64,000 nt of DNA from a bacterium UBP1_UBA4783 (GCA_002403075.1 DHHB01000082.1:32213-96212); one strand, 5' to 3'. Positions 17,521 to 27,472 are shown, counted from the first letter of the stretch. Numbers and translations are program-made. The notes: generated by a model not told the origin, from the sequence alone.

Positions 17521-18362
17521 TGGAGCGAAGCTACGATTTTCTCGGCACCGAAGTCGCCGGTGCGGACAGGGATCGCGTCTATGTGATCCCTGTTCCCGTT
17601 GAATGGAGCGTCTCCTACGGGAAGGGAGCGGGAAGCGCGCCGGCGGCGCTGCTCGCCGCCTCCATGCAGATCGAGGTGTACAACGCCGGACTCGGCGTCG
17701 ATCTCGAGGGCTCGGGCATCGTGACGCTCCAGCCGGGGATCCGTTCGAAGGACGATCTCCTCTCGTTCCTCCGCGAGAACCGCGGCCTCTTCCGCGACGC
17801 GCTTCCCTGTTTTCTCGGCGGCGAGCACTCGATCACCCCGTGGATACTCGAGGGGCTCGAGCTTCGCGACGTCGGGATCGTATGGCTCGACGCCCACGCC
17901 GACCTGCGGGAGCGCTATCTCGGCGAGCGCGAGAGCCACGCGTGCGCCGCGCGCAACTCGCTCCCCTACGGCCCGCTCGTCCAGATCGGCGTGCGGAGCT
18001 ACTCGCGTGAGGAGCGGGACTTCCTGCGGGGCGCGGGGGGCACGCGGGTGTTTCCGTTCTGGAACGAGGGCGCGTGGGAGGCGATCCGGCGCCTCCCCGA
18101 GAACGTGTACCTCTCGATCGATTTCGACGCGGTGGATCCCGCGATCCTGCGCGCCGTCGGCACGCCGGAGCCGGGCGGGCTCGGCTGGGAGGAGCTCATG
18201 GATCTCCTCACCTTCGTCTTCGAGAAGAAACGGGTCGTCGCGATGGACGCCGTCGAGCTCGCGCCGGCGGAGCACGACGTGACCTCGAGCTTCATCGCGG
18301 CGAAGATCGTGTACGAGGCGATATCGCGATATCTGAGAAGGGAGCTTCCCCGTGAAACGTAA
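17520..18362 (+). CDS. speB: Agmatinase (ureohydrolase family).
   Basis: Arginase-fold metal ligands GGEHSIT, DAHADL and SIDFDAVDP are present. The ATG overlaps the pdaD stop (TAATG). Confidence 0.8.
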   Translation: MERSYDFLGTEVAGADRDRVYVIPVPVEWSVSYGKGAGSAPAALLAASMQIEVYNAGLGVDLEGSGIVTLQPGIRSKDDLLSFLRENRGLFRDALPCFLGGEHSITPWILEGLELRDVGIVWLDAHADLRERYLGERESHACAARNSLPYGPLVQIGVRSYSREERDFLRGAGGTRVFPFWNEGAWEAIRRLPENVYLSIDFDAVDPAILRAVGTPEPGGLGWEELMDLLTFVFEKKRVVAMDAVELAPAEHDVTSSFIAAKIVYEAISRYLRRELPRET

Positions 18363-19344
18363 ATACCTCACCCATCCGACGAGGCCTATCCTCCCGAAGG
18401 CGGGGATGACGTGCGACGAGCTGCTGCTCGGCCTCGAAGGGTGCAGCTTTCAGGCGCGCCAGCTCGCGCTCGCCGCGAAGATCTGGTCGGAGGCCCTCGA
18501 CGACGATATCGTCGTCATGTTCGGCCTCGCCGGCGCGATGGTTCCCGCCGGCATGCGCGCGACGATCGTGACGCTCATGGAGCACCGCCTCATCGACGTC
18601 GTCGTCTCGACGGGCGCCAACCTCTACCACGATTTCTACGAGACGGCGGGCAACTTCCACTACCTCGGGAGCCCCTACGCGGACGACACGAAGCTCCGCG
18701 CGGACAAGATCGACCGGATATACGACACGTACGCCGACGAGGACGGTTTCGTCCGGCTCGACCGCCACATCGGCCGCTGGGCGACGAAGACGCTCGAGGA
18801 GCGGCCCTACACGACGCGCGAGTTCCTCCATCTGCTGGGGAAGGAGGCGAACCGCGTGTCGAAGGGGGAGCAGGGCATCCTCAGCACGGCCTACCGCCTC
18901 TCGATCCCGGTCTACTGTCCGGCGATCGGCGACTCCTCGATCGGCATCGGGCTCGCGGGGCGCACGCCGAAGGTGATCTTCGACATGATCGGCGACGTCG
19001 AGGAGACCGCCGACATCGCGGCCTCGAAGCCGACGATGGTGATCTACGTCGGCGGCGGGACGCCGAAGAACTTCATCCAGCAGACCGAGGTGACGAACAT
19101 GGTCCTCGGGCGCGAGGCGGAGGGGCACCGCTACGCGATCCAGTTCGTGGTCGACGCGCCGCACTGGGGAGGCCTGAGCGGCTGCACCTTCGAGGAGGCG
19201 ATCAGCTGGGGCAAGATCGCCGTCGACGCGAAACGCGTCACGGTCGTCTCGGACGCGGCGATCGCGCTGCCGATCGTCGCGGCGTCCGTGCTCACGCGCC
19301 GCCGGAGGGCGAAGAAGAGACGCGCGCCGAAGCTGTTTTCGTGA
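18352..19344 (+). CDS. Deoxyhypusine synthase-like protein; in bacteria usually the homospermidine-synthase-type enzyme.
   Basis: DHS family pattern ...FGLAGAMVPAGMR...GANLYHD...VYCPAIGDSSIGIG...VIYVGGGTPKNF.... GTG start overlapping the speB 3' end. Confidence 0.75.
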   Translation: MKRKYLTHPTRPILPKAGMTCDELLLGLEGCSFQARQLALAAKIWSEALDDDIVVMFGLAGAMVPAGMRATIVTLMEHRLIDVVVSTGANLYHDFYETAGNFHYLGSPYADDTKLRADKIDRIYDTYADEDGFVRLDRHIGRWATKTLEERPYTTREFLHLLGKEANRVSKGEQGILSTAYRLSIPVYCPAIGDSSIGIGLAGRTPKVIFDMIGDVEETADIAASKPTMVIYVGGGTPKNFIQQTEVTNMVLGREAEGHRYAIQFVVDAPHWGGLSGCTFEEAISWGKIAVDAKRVTVVSDAAIALPIVAASVLTRRRRAKKRRAPKLFS

Positions 19345-19387
19345 CGGCCGACGGGGCGGCCGGGGTCGATGTGCGGGGAGGTCGGGG

Positions 19388-20914
19388 ATGGTCGCTGAAA
19401 TTCGTTCCGGTGCCGTTTTCGGGATCGAGGGGTTCGGAGTCACGGTCGAGATAGATCTCTCGCGCGGTTTGCCGGCGTTTACGATCGTCGGCCTGCCGAC
19501 CGCGGCGGTGCGCGAGAGCCGCGAGCGGGTGACCGCCGCGATCAAGAACAACGGGTTCACGTTCCCGCAAAAACGAATCACGGTCAATCTGGCTCCCGCC
19601 GACGTGCGGAAGGAGGGGGCGGCGTTCGACCTGCCGATCGCGCTGGGCATCCTCTCGGCGAGCGGCCAGACTTCGTGCGCCGTGCCGCCGCACGTCCTCG
19701 TGCTCGGGGAGCTCGCCCTCGACGGGAGGCTGAAGCCGGTTAGGGGGGCGCTCCCCATCGCGCTCTTCGCGCTCTCGACCGGCTGCCGGCGCATCCTCGT
19801 GCCCGACGCGAACGCCGCCGAGGCCGCGGCCGTGAGAGAGATCGAGGTCGTGCCGTGCAGAGATCTCGGCGAGGCGCTCCGCGTCCTCGGCGGGGCGAAC
19901 GCGCGCGAGGCGCCCGACCGCGCGGACGCGGACGCGGCGGCGCCCGCCGCCGGCCTCGATTACGCGCAGGTTCTCGGACAGGACGCGGAGAAGCGCGCGA
20001 TGCAGATCGCGGCGGCGGGCGGGCACCACGTCATCATGGTCGGGCCGCCCGGCTCGGGAAAGACGATGCTCGCCCAGCGCCTTCCCTCGATACTGCCGCC
20101 GCTCGACGACGACGAGGCGCTCGAGCACGCGCGGATCATGAGCGTCGCCGGAGCCCGCGGGTCGGCGCGGCGCGGCCGCGAGCGGCCCTTCCGCGCGCCG
20201 CACCACTCGGCGAGCGACGCAGGGCTCGTCGGCGGCGGGCGGGGCGTCGCGCCGGGCGAGATCACGCTCGCGCACAACGGCGTTCTCTTTCTCGACGAGC
20301 TCACCGAGTTCCGGCGGAACGTCCTCGAGTGCCTCCGCCAGCCGCTCGAGGACGGCCGCATCGCGATCTCGCGCGCGAACGCCTCGTGCGTCTTCCCGGC
20401 GCGGTTTCAGCTCGTCGCGGCGATGAATCCGTGCCCGTGCGGCTACGCGGGATCGCCGCGGCACGCGTGCCGATGCTCGCCGAACGCGATCAAACGGTAC
20501 CTCGCGAAGATCTCGGGGCCCCTCATCGACCGCATCGGCGTGCACGTGGCGGTGCAGCCGGTGGAGCCGGCGGATTTCGACGGCGCGGGGGACGGCATGG
20601 GCTCCGCCGGCATGCGCGAGGCGGTGCTGCGCGCGGCGGAGGCTCAGCGCGAGCGTTTTCTCGGCCTCCGCGGCGTTCGGAGGAACGCCGACATGCCGGT
20701 CGCCGATCTCGAGGGGTTCTGCGGGATGGGGCGGGACGCGGTCGATCTCCTCGCCGCCGCGCAGCGGCGGCTTCTCGTCAGCGCGCGGGCGAGGAGGAAC
20801 GTCATACAGGTCGCGCGCACGATCGCCGACCTGGACGGGTGCGGGACGATCGGCGCGCGCCATCTCGCCGAGGCGGTCCAGTACCGCGTGCCGCGGGCGA
20901 TCGAGGAGTGCTGA
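19388..20914 (+). CDS. comM: YifB/ComM-family Mg-chelatase-like AAA+ ATPase.
   Basis: Walker A GPPGSGKT, Walker B/sensor VLFLDELTEF, N-terminal Lon-like domain. Length is 508 aa. Confidence 0.8.
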   Translation: MVAEIRSGAVFGIEGFGVTVEIDLSRGLPAFTIVGLPTAAVRESRERVTAAIKNNGFTFPQKRITVNLAPADVRKEGAAFDLPIALGILSASGQTSCAVPPHVLVLGELALDGRLKPVRGALPIALFALSTGCRRILVPDANAAEAAAVREIEVVPCRDLGEALRVLGGANAREAPDRADADAAAPAAGLDYAQVLGQDAEKRAMQIAAAGGHHVIMVGPPGSGKTMLAQRLPSILPPLDDDEALEHARIMSVAGARGSARRGRERPFRAPHHSASDAGLVGGGRGVAPGEITLAHNGVLFLDELTEFRRNVLECLRQPLEDGRIAISRANASCVFPARFQLVAAMNPCPCGYAGSPRHACRCSPNAIKRYLAKISGPLIDRIGVHVAVQPVEPADFDGAGDGMGSAGMREAVLRAAEAQRERFLGLRGVRRNADMPVADLEGFCGMGRDAVDLLAAAQRRLLVSARARRNVIQVARTIADLDGCGTIGARHLAEAVQYRVPRAIEEC

Positions 20915-20929
20915 GGGCCGGCGGGCGTC

Positions 20930-22081
20930 TCAGATCTGCCGCGCGTGGAGCACCTCGTGCGCGATGATGAGGCGCTGGATCTCGCTCGTGCCCTCGAAGA
21001 GGCGGTTGATGCGCGAGTCGCGGTACATCCGCTCGATCGGGTACTCGCGGATGAATCCGTACCCGCCGTGCACCTGCAGCGCCTTGTCGACGATGCGGTC
21101 GAGCGCCTCGGAGCAGTAGAGCTTCACCATGGAGGATTCCTTGGTGACGTCCATGCCTTCGTCGTACATCCACGCGGTGCGGTACACGATCGATTCCATA
21201 TTGTAGATCTCGGTCGCCATGTCGGCGAGCATCCACTGGATGGCCTGATTCTGGGAGATCTTGACGCCGAACTGGACGCGCTCCTTCGAGTGGGCAGCGC
21301 TCAACGCGAGCGCTTCCTTCGCCGCGCCGAGCGTCGCCGCGCCGAGGCCGAGACGGCCGCACGCGAGGATGCGCATCCCGACGATGACGCCTCGTCCGGC
21401 GCGACCGAGGAGGTTCTCCCCGGGCACCTTCACGTCTTCGAAGATGAGCTCGGCGGTCTCCGAGCCGCGGATCCCCATCTTGTGCTCGATCTTGCCGATC
21501 GAGAATCCGGGCGACTCGCGCTCGACGATGAAGGCGGAAACCTTGCCGGCCGCCTTGCCGCCCTTGTGCCGGGCGAAGACGGTGAACGTGTCGGCGAAGC
21601 TTCCGTTCGTGATGAAGTTCTTGCGTCCGTTCAGCACGTAATGGCCGCCCGCATCCTCGACGATCGTTTCGCAGTTGAACGCGTCGGAGCCGGCGTTCGG
21701 CTCGGTGAGGGCGAAGGCGGCGATGGTGCGCCCCTCGGCGAGCGGCACGAGGTATTTTTTCTTCTGCTCCTCGGTGCCGAACATGTAGATACCCGAGCTC
21801 CCGATGCTCTGGTGGGCGCCGATGAAGGTCGCCGTCGACGAGCAGCCCCTGCCGATCTCCTCCTGCACGATGCAGTAGCCCGTCTCGCCCATGCCGGAGC
21901 CGCCGTACTCGGGCGGGAACGAGACGCCGAGGAGCCCGAGCTCCGCGATCTTCGCGATGAGCTCGCGAGGAATCTTCTCCTCCTGGTCGATCCGTTCGGC
22001 GATCGGCTTGATCTCGTTCGCGACGAACTTGCGGACCATGTCGCGCAGCATCTTCTGCTCGTCGGTAAACGTCCAGTCCAT
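20930..22081 (-). CDS. Acyl-CoA dehydrogenase.
   Basis: The ACAD three-domain pattern is present, with catalytic-region YPIERMYRDSRI and FEGTSEIQR. Length is 383 aa. Confidence 0.85.
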   Translation of the reverse strand: MDWTFTDEQKMLRDMVRKFVANEIKPIAERIDQEEKIPRELIAKIAELGLLGVSFPPEYGGSGMGETGYCIVQEEIGRGCSSTATFIGAHQSIGSSGIYMFGTEEQKKKYLVPLAEGRTIAAFALTEPNAGSDAFNCETIVEDAGGHYVLNGRKNFITNGSFADTFTVFARHKGGKAAGKVSAFIVERESPGFSIGKIEHKMGIRGSETAELIFEDVKVPGENLLGRAGRGVIVGMRILACGRLGLGAATLGAAKEALALSAAHSKERVQFGVKISQNQAIQWMLADMATEIYNMESIVYRTAWMYDEGMDVTKESSMVKLYCSEALDRIVDKALQVHGGYGFIREYPIERMYRDSRINRLFEGTSEIQRLIIAHEVLHARQI

Positions 22082-22204
22082 GCGAGGCCTCCTTCGTAAT
22101 CGTCGTTTCGGGTGATGCCGGCGTCCGGCGGTTATGGCGAATCGATGCGGAACGCGCCCGGCGCTCTGCCGCCCGGGCGCCCGGAGTGCCGGATTCCGGT
22201 TCCG

Positions 22205-22249
22205 GCGCGGTTACCATAGAGCCGCAACCCGTTCCTGTCAAGGGAAATG
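22205..22249 (-). promoter_or_regulatory. Minus-strand promoter TTTCCCTTGACA-N17-TATGGT for the acyl-CoA dehydrogenase gene.
   Basis: Reverse complement of 22205-22249 contains the same extended -35 block seen at 3392, 25152 and 27528, with a 17-nt spacer. Confidence 0.45.
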
Positions 22250-22296
22250 CATTGCGGGGCGCTCCCGCGGCGTGATATCCTGTTCCTTCGCGCGCG

Positions 22297-23031
22297 GTGC
22301 GCGAAGGGAGCGATCGAATGGCCGGATCCGCGGCGCCGGATCTCAAGGATGAGTGGCTTCCGCTCGGCAGGCGGAGGGCGACGGCGGTGCTCCGCCGCGT
22401 CGTGCCCGCCGTCCGCGCGGCGGTCGCCGGGGCGCGGAACCCCTCGGTGACGGAGATCGCGGGCCGCACGCGCTCCCCGTTTCGCGTGCTCGTTTCGACC
22501 GTCATCAGCGCGCGGACGAAGGACGAGGTGACGGGGCGGGCGAGCGAACGCCTGTTCGCGCGCGCCTCGACCCCCCGAAAGATCGCGGCCCTTTCCGAGC
22601 GTGCGATCGCGGAGCTCATCTATCCCGCAGGATTCTACCGGACCAAAGCCCGGGCGATCCGGGCCCTCTCCCGGGCGATCGACGCCGAGCTCGGCGGGCG
22701 GGTGCCCGACACGATGGAAGGGCTGCTCGCGCTCCCCGGCGTGGGGAGAAAGACCGCGAACCTCGTCCTCACGCTCGGTTTCGGCGCCCCCGGCATCTGC
22801 GTCGATACGCACGTGCACCGGATCTCGAACCGTCTCGGCGTCGTCCGCACGACGAATCCGGCCGGCACGGAGTCGGCGCTCCGCGCGGCGCTTCCGCGCG
22901 GGCACTGGATCGAGATCAACGACCTCTTCGTCATGTTCGGACAAACGATCTGCGTTCCCGTCTCGCCGCGCTGCTCGGCGTGTCCCGTCTCCCGCTTCTG
23001 CCGGCGCGCCGGGGTGAAACGATCGCGGTGA
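22297..23031 (+). CDS. nth: Endonuclease III.
   Basis: HhH-GPD motif LPGVGRKTANLVL and a C-terminal 4Fe-4S loop CVPVSPRCSACPVSRFC. Confidence 0.85.
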   Translation: MREGSDRMAGSAAPDLKDEWLPLGRRRATAVLRRVVPAVRAAVAGARNPSVTEIAGRTRSPFRVLVSTVISARTKDEVTGRASERLFARASTPRKIAALSERAIAELIYPAGFYRTKARAIRALSRAIDAELGGRVPDTMEGLLALPGVGRKTANLVLTLGFGAPGICVDTHVHRISNRLGVVRTTNPAGTESALRAALPRGHWIEINDLFVMFGQTICVPVSPRCSACPVSRFCRRAGVKRSR

Positions 23032-23122
23032 CGCGGCGCCGGACGTCCGCTCCCCGGACGCGGGGAGCGGAGACGAGCCGGACGGGTCCCCGCGCGGACG
23101 ACTCTCGCTGTGGAGGTTGCGC

Positions 23123-24412
23123 ATGAAAGCGATAACGGCGCTCGTCTTTCTCGTATCGATCGCGGGGCGCGCCGCGGCCTTCGCCCCGGATTTCGACCGG
23201 CACTTCACCGCCCAGGCGCTCCGGATCGATCTCCACCACGGCGGGGACGCCGCCCGCGAAACCTACAGCCTCGACGAGCTTCGGGCCGAGCCCTTCTACG
23301 CGGGGAGCAGGACGAATCTCGTCGACACGCTCAATCTCGGAGAGTACATCGTCCGCGTGTTCGATCTCAAAACGAACGCTCTGATATTCTCGCGCGGCTA
23401 CTCGACCGTCTTCGCGGAATGGAGCACGACCGACGAGGCGCTCGCGGGGTTCACGCGGGTCTTTCACGAGTCGATCGTCATGCCGTTTCCGAAGGCCCCC
23501 GTGCAGGTCCGCATCGAACGCCGCGACCGGAACAGGGTCTTCAAGCCCGTCTTCGACCTCGCCGTCGATCCCGCCGACTGGCACATCAACCGCGAGCGGC
23601 GGTTCCGGGAGCTCCGCGTAGTCGAGCTTCTCGACAACGCGCCGAGCGAGCGGGCGGTCGACCTCGTGATCCTCGGGGACGGCTATCGGCGCGACGAGAT
23701 GCACAAGCTCCGCAAGGACGCCGACCGCCTGCTCGGCGCGCTCTTCGACATGGAGCCGTTCAAGAGCCGCAAACGGGACTTCAACGTCAGGCTCGTCGAA
23801 ACGGTCTCGGCCGACTCAGACATCGACGAGCCCCGCGAGGGCCGCTGGAAAGGAAACCTGCTCGGCTGCTCGTTCGACGCCTTCGACATCCCGCGATACG
23901 TGCTCTCCTTTTCAAACAAGGTCATGAGGGACGTCGCCGGCAACGTTCCGTACGACGCCGTGCTCATCCTCGCGAACGCGAAGCGGTACGGAGGCGGAGG
24001 CATCTACCAGCTCTACGCGATCAGCACCGTCGACAACGAGCACTCGGCCTTCGTGTTCACGCACGAGTTCGGACATTCGTTCGCGGGGCTCGGCGACGAG
24101 TACTACACGTCCGAGGTGGCCTACAACGACATGTACCCCCGCGGCGTCGAGCCGTGGGAGCCGAACATCACGGCGATGCTCGACTCGACCGCCGTGAAAT
24201 GGGGGGACCTCATCGCGCCGGGCACCCCGGTGCCCACTCCCGACGATTCGCTTCACGCGGACGTCGTCGGCTGCTTCGAGGGGGCGGGATACTCGGCGAA
24301 GGGCCTCTACCGGCCGACGCGCGATTGCAGGATGTTCTCGAAGAAGGCGGACTCGTTCTGCCCCGTCTGCCGGCGGGCGATCGAGCGGGCGATCGATCAC
24401 TACGTGAAATAG
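23123..24412 (+). CDS. Peptidase family M64 (IgA-peptidase-like zinc metalloprotease), secreted.
   Basis: Signal peptide and zinc motif HEFGHSFAGLGDEYY. RBS GGAGG lies 6 nt upstream of the ATG. Confidence 0.75.
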   Translation: MKAITALVFLVSIAGRAAAFAPDFDRHFTAQALRIDLHHGGDAARETYSLDELRAEPFYAGSRTNLVDTLNLGEYIVRVFDLKTNALIFSRGYSTVFAEWSTTDEALAGFTRVFHESIVMPFPKAPVQVRIERRDRNRVFKPVFDLAVDPADWHINRERRFRELRVVELLDNAPSERAVDLVILGDGYRRDEMHKLRKDADRLLGALFDMEPFKSRKRDFNVRLVETVSADSDIDEPREGRWKGNLLGCSFDAFDIPRYVLSFSNKVMRDVAGNVPYDAVLILANAKRYGGGGIYQLYAISTVDNEHSAFVFTHEFGHSFAGLGDEYYTSEVAYNDMYPRGVEPWEPNITAMLDSTAVKWGDLIAPGTPVPTPDDSLHADVVGCFEGAGYSAKGLYRPTRDCRMFSKKADSFCPVCRRAIERAIDHYVK

Positions 24413-24418
24413 AAAAAA

Positions 24419-24450
24419 GGGAAGGGGCGGCATCGCGCCGCCCCTTCGGG
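24419..24450 (-). terminator. Intrinsic terminator, best on the minus strand: GGGGCGGC-loop-GCCGCCCC then UUCCCUUUUUUC. It lies between the convergent M64 and rubrerythrin-like genes.
   Basis: 8-bp GC stem at 24425-24445, flanked by an A-tract on the plus strand and a U-tract on the minus strand. Confidence 0.55.
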
Positions 24451-24479
24451 ACGCACGGGCACGAGCGCTCGGCGGCGGC

Positions 24480-24986
24480 TCACGGACCGACGTTCATGAG
24501 GCGCTCGCCCCGCAGGAAATCGTCCGTGTTGTAATCCTCGGTTATCTCGAGCGCGCGGAACTCCGCCTCGAGGATCGAATAGTGGCTACGCTCCATGCTC
24601 GCGAGGTACTCGAGCATCGAACGGCTGCTCTGGTCCCGCGTTTTTCCGGCGAGTCCCCCGTAGAACTCCTCCGACTTCTTTTCCGCCTCCATGGCCGCGG
24701 CGAAATACTCCTTGAGCGTCGCGTCGCGCTCGAGAACGTCCGACACGCTCGGCACGAGCGATTTCGGCGGCAGGCTGAGATCGACTCCCGGGAAACGCTT
24801 CCGGTAGGCCTCGGTGAGGATCTTCTCGTGGTTCTTCTCCTGATCGATGAGAAAGTCGACCTTCGTGCGCAGATCCGGATTTTTCGCCTTTTCCTTTATG
24901 CGATGGTAGAGCTTGATCGCCTCGATCTCGGACTTGATGGCGATCCCGAGGACCTCGAGGGTCGTGAGATCTCGTTCGCGGGTCAT
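24480..24986 (-). CDS. Rubrerythrin/ferritin-like diiron-domain protein.
   Basis: Two E-x-x-H four-helix-bundle pairs (EIEAIKLY...EKNHEKIL ; EAEKKSEEFY...MERSHYSIL). Confidence 0.6.
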   Translation of the reverse strand: MTRERDLTTLEVLGIAIKSEIEAIKLYHRIKEKAKNPDLRTKVDFLIDQEKNHEKILTEAYRKRFPGVDLSLPPKSLVPSVSDVLERDATLKEYFAAAMEAEKKSEEFYGGLAGKTRDQSSRSMLEYLASMERSHYSILEAEFRALEITEDYNTDDFLRGERLMNVGP

Positions 24987-25128
24987 ACGCGGGTCCTTTC
25001 ATCCGTCGCGGCGCCGCGGTTCGGGGCGCGGCGGCGCCGGGTCCGGGGTTTGCCGCCGCGCCAATTTTCGCTTTACTTGGGCGGCGGCCGCACGTACCTT
25101 TTGACTGCATCGTTCGAGAATCATTACG

Positions 25129-25165
25129 AATAGTAGGGCAGCGGCGCCGCCTTGTCAAGGAAAGC
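25129..25165 (-). promoter_or_regulatory. Minus-strand promoter TTTCCTTGACA-N17-TACTAT for the rubrerythrin-like gene 24480..24986.
   Basis: Reverse complement reads GGCTTTCCTTGACAAGG-N-TACTATTC, the same architecture as the other three instances. Confidence 0.5.
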
Positions 25166-25218
25166 CCGCGGAGAACCGGCGCGCCGACCGCATGCCCGTT
25201 CGCTCAAGGAGGATCGCG

Positions 25219-25740
25219 GTGGAAAACACGAAGAGGCTCGAAGCGCTCAGGATCGCGCTCGCGAACGAGGAGAAGGAGCGCGATTTCTATCTCGCCCACG
25301 CGAAGCGCACGAAGGATCCGCTCGGGAAGCAGATGTTCGAATCGATCGCGGCCGACGAAGAGGAGCACCGCAAGCGGCTCGTCGATCTCCACGCGAAGCT
25401 CGAGGAGCGGAAAAAATGGCCCGACGGCTTCTCCCTCGACGTTTCGACGCGCGTCACGGCGGCCCTCAACCGCCTCAGCAAGGAGGCGAGCGCCGCTCCC
25501 GAAAGCGACGACGACGATCTCGCGGCGGTCAAGACCGCGATCGAGTTCGAGACGAAGGGCGAGGCGTTCTACGCCCGCCTCGCGGACGAGGCCAAGGACA
25601 AGCCGGAGAAGCGCTTTTTCTCCCTCCTCGCCTCGATGGAGCGGGAGCACAGACTGTCGCTCGAGGACACCTTCGAGTATTTCACCGATCCGCAAAGCTG
25701 GATGGAGAGGAAGGGCGGGCGCCATCTCGACGGCGCGTGA
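25219..25740 (+). CDS. Second rubrerythrin/ferritin-like protein, divergent from the first.
   Basis: GTG start 6 nt after AAGGAGGA. Motifs EKERDFY...EEEHRKRL and EFETKGEAFY...MEREHRLSL. Confidence 0.6.
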   Translation: MENTKRLEALRIALANEEKERDFYLAHAKRTKDPLGKQMFESIAADEEEHRKRLVDLHAKLEERKKWPDGFSLDVSTRVTAALNRLSKEASAAPESDDDDLAAVKTAIEFETKGEAFYARLADEAKDKPEKRFFSLLASMEREHRLSLEDTFEYFTDPQSWMERKGGRHLDGA

Positions 25741-25761
25741 TCGCCGCCCGGGGCGGCGGCG

Positions 25762-26511
25762 CTAGAGGGTGATGCCGCCGTCCGCGACGACGGTCTGCCC
25801 CTGAATCCAGGACGCCTCGTCCGAGAGAAGAAAGACGGCGACGGCGGCGATCTCCTCGGGCCTCGCGAGCCGGTGCGTCGGCGTGCGATCCTTCCAGGCC
25901 TCGACGAGCGTTTCCTTGTCCGGGAAGTAGTCGAGCGCCGCGGTGTCGACGGGTCCTCCCGAGACCGCGTTCACCCTGACGCCGCGCGGCGCGAGCTCCT
26001 TCGCGAAGTAGCGGACGAGGGTTTCGAGCGCCGCCTTGCTCGCGCCGACCGCCGCGTACCCCGGAAGACACGAGAAACTCCCGATCGAAGACACGGCCAC
26101 GGCCCGTCCGCCCGCTTCGGGGAAAAGCTTCGACGCCTCCTGCATGCCGAGCAGAAACGCCCGCGCGTTCGCGTTGAGGGCGAGGTCCCAGCCGAACCGG
26201 CCGATCCTCGCCGCCGGGCCGAGAACGCCCGAGACCGCGTTCGACACGAAGAGATCGAGTCCGCCGAAGGCCTCTCCGACCGCGGCGAAAAGGCCGCGGA
26301 CCTCCTTCGGCTCCGAGACGTCGGCCTTGATCCGCACGGCCCTGCGGCCGAGACGCTCGACGGCGAGCGCGGTCTCGGCGGCCGCCTCTTCGTTCTTCAC
26401 GTAGCTCAGGGCGACGTCGGCGCCGCGTTCGGCGAGACGCAGAACGATCGCTCGGCCGATGCCGCGCGATCCGCCGGTCACGAGGGCGCGTTTTCCCGTG
26501 AAGTCCGCCAT
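25762..26511 (-). CDS. Short-chain dehydrogenase/reductase (SDR).
   Basis: TGGSRGIGRAI Rossmann motif and SDR catalytic tetrad pattern (N...S...Y...K). The start is placed at MADFTGKRALVTGG. Confidence 0.75.
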   Translation of the reverse strand: MADFTGKRALVTGGSRGIGRAIVLRLAERGADVALSYVKNEEAAAETALAVERLGRRAVRIKADVSEPKEVRGLFAAVGEAFGGLDLFVSNAVSGVLGPAARIGRFGWDLALNANARAFLLGMQEASKLFPEAGGRAVAVSSIGSFSCLPGYAAVGASKAALETLVRYFAKELAPRGVRVNAVSGGPVDTAALDYFPDKETLVEAWKDRTPTHRLARPEEIAAVAVFLLSDEASWIQGQTVVADGGITL

Positions 26512-26539
26512 ATCCCGTCCGTCCGAGGCGGCCGCCCGG

Positions 26540-27472
26540 CTACCAGCCGGGCAAGGCATCCTCGCCCTGAAGGAATTTCAGGGCGTCGATCGCGGCCCTG
26601 CATCCGCTGCCGGCCGCGGATATCGCCTGCCGGTAGCGCGGATCCGCCACGTCGCCGGCCGCGAAAACGCCCGGCGCCGACGTGCTCGTTCCCTTCGTCA
26701 CGATGTATCCGCGCCGGTCGAGCTCGAGCTTTCCCTTGAACAGGGAGGTCGCCGGATCGTGGCCGACCGCGACGAAGACGCCGTCGACGGGGAGTTCCTT
26801 CCGTTCGTTCGTCTTCACGTTCCGCAGAACGAGCGCCGTCACCTTGTTTTGAGCGGGATCGAGGATATCCTCGACGACGGAGTTCCATTCGTACGAGATC
26901 TTCGGATTGTCGAAGGCCCTCTTCTGCATCGCCTTCGAGGCGCGCAGCTCATCCCGGCGGTGAACGATGGTCACGGAGCCCGCGAACCTCGTGAGAAAGG
27001 TCGCCTCCTCGATTGCGGCGTCGCCGCCTCCGACGACGGCGATCCGTTTTCCCGTGAAGAAGAAGCCGTCGCAGGTGGCGCACGCCGACACGCCCTTGCC
27101 CCGGAGCTTCGTCTCGGATTCGAGCCCGAGCCAGCGGTAGGCGGAGCCCGTCGCGACGATGAGGGCGCGCGTTTCGACCGTCTTCGAGCCCATCGTGATT
27201 TTGAGCGGGCTGCTCTCGATGTCGATCGCCGTGACCTCGCGGGTCTCGAACTCCGCGCCGAACCGCTCGGCCTGCGCGCGGATCCGTTCCATGAGCTCCG
27301 GTCCCTGAATCCCCTCGGGGAATCCGGGGAAATTGTCGACGGTCGACGTGATGGTGAGCTGTCCGCCCGGCTCCGTCCCGGTGACGACGAGCGTCGAGAG
27401 CTCGGAGCGGCGGCAGTAGATCGCCGCGGTCAAACCCGCCGGGCCGGATCCGATGATCGTTACGTCGTACAT
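26540..27472 (-). CDS. trxB: Thioredoxin-disulfide reductase.
   Basis: FAD motif IIGSGPAG, redox-active CATCDG and an NAD(P) site GGGDAA. The start is placed at MYDVTIIG. Confidence 0.85.
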   Translation of the reverse strand: MYDVTIIGSGPAGLTAAIYCRRSELSTLVVTGTEPGGQLTITSTVDNFPGFPEGIQGPELMERIRAQAERFGAEFETREVTAIDIESSPLKITMGSKTVETRALIVATGSAYRWLGLESETKLRGKGVSACATCDGFFFTGKRIAVVGGGDAAIEEATFLTRFAGSVTIVHRRDELRASKAMQKRAFDNPKISYEWNSVVEDILDPAQNKVTALVLRNVKTNERKELPVDGVFVAVGHDPATSLFKGKLELDRRGYIVTKGTSTSAPGVFAAGDVADPRYRQAISAAGSGCRAAIDALKFLQGEDALPGW

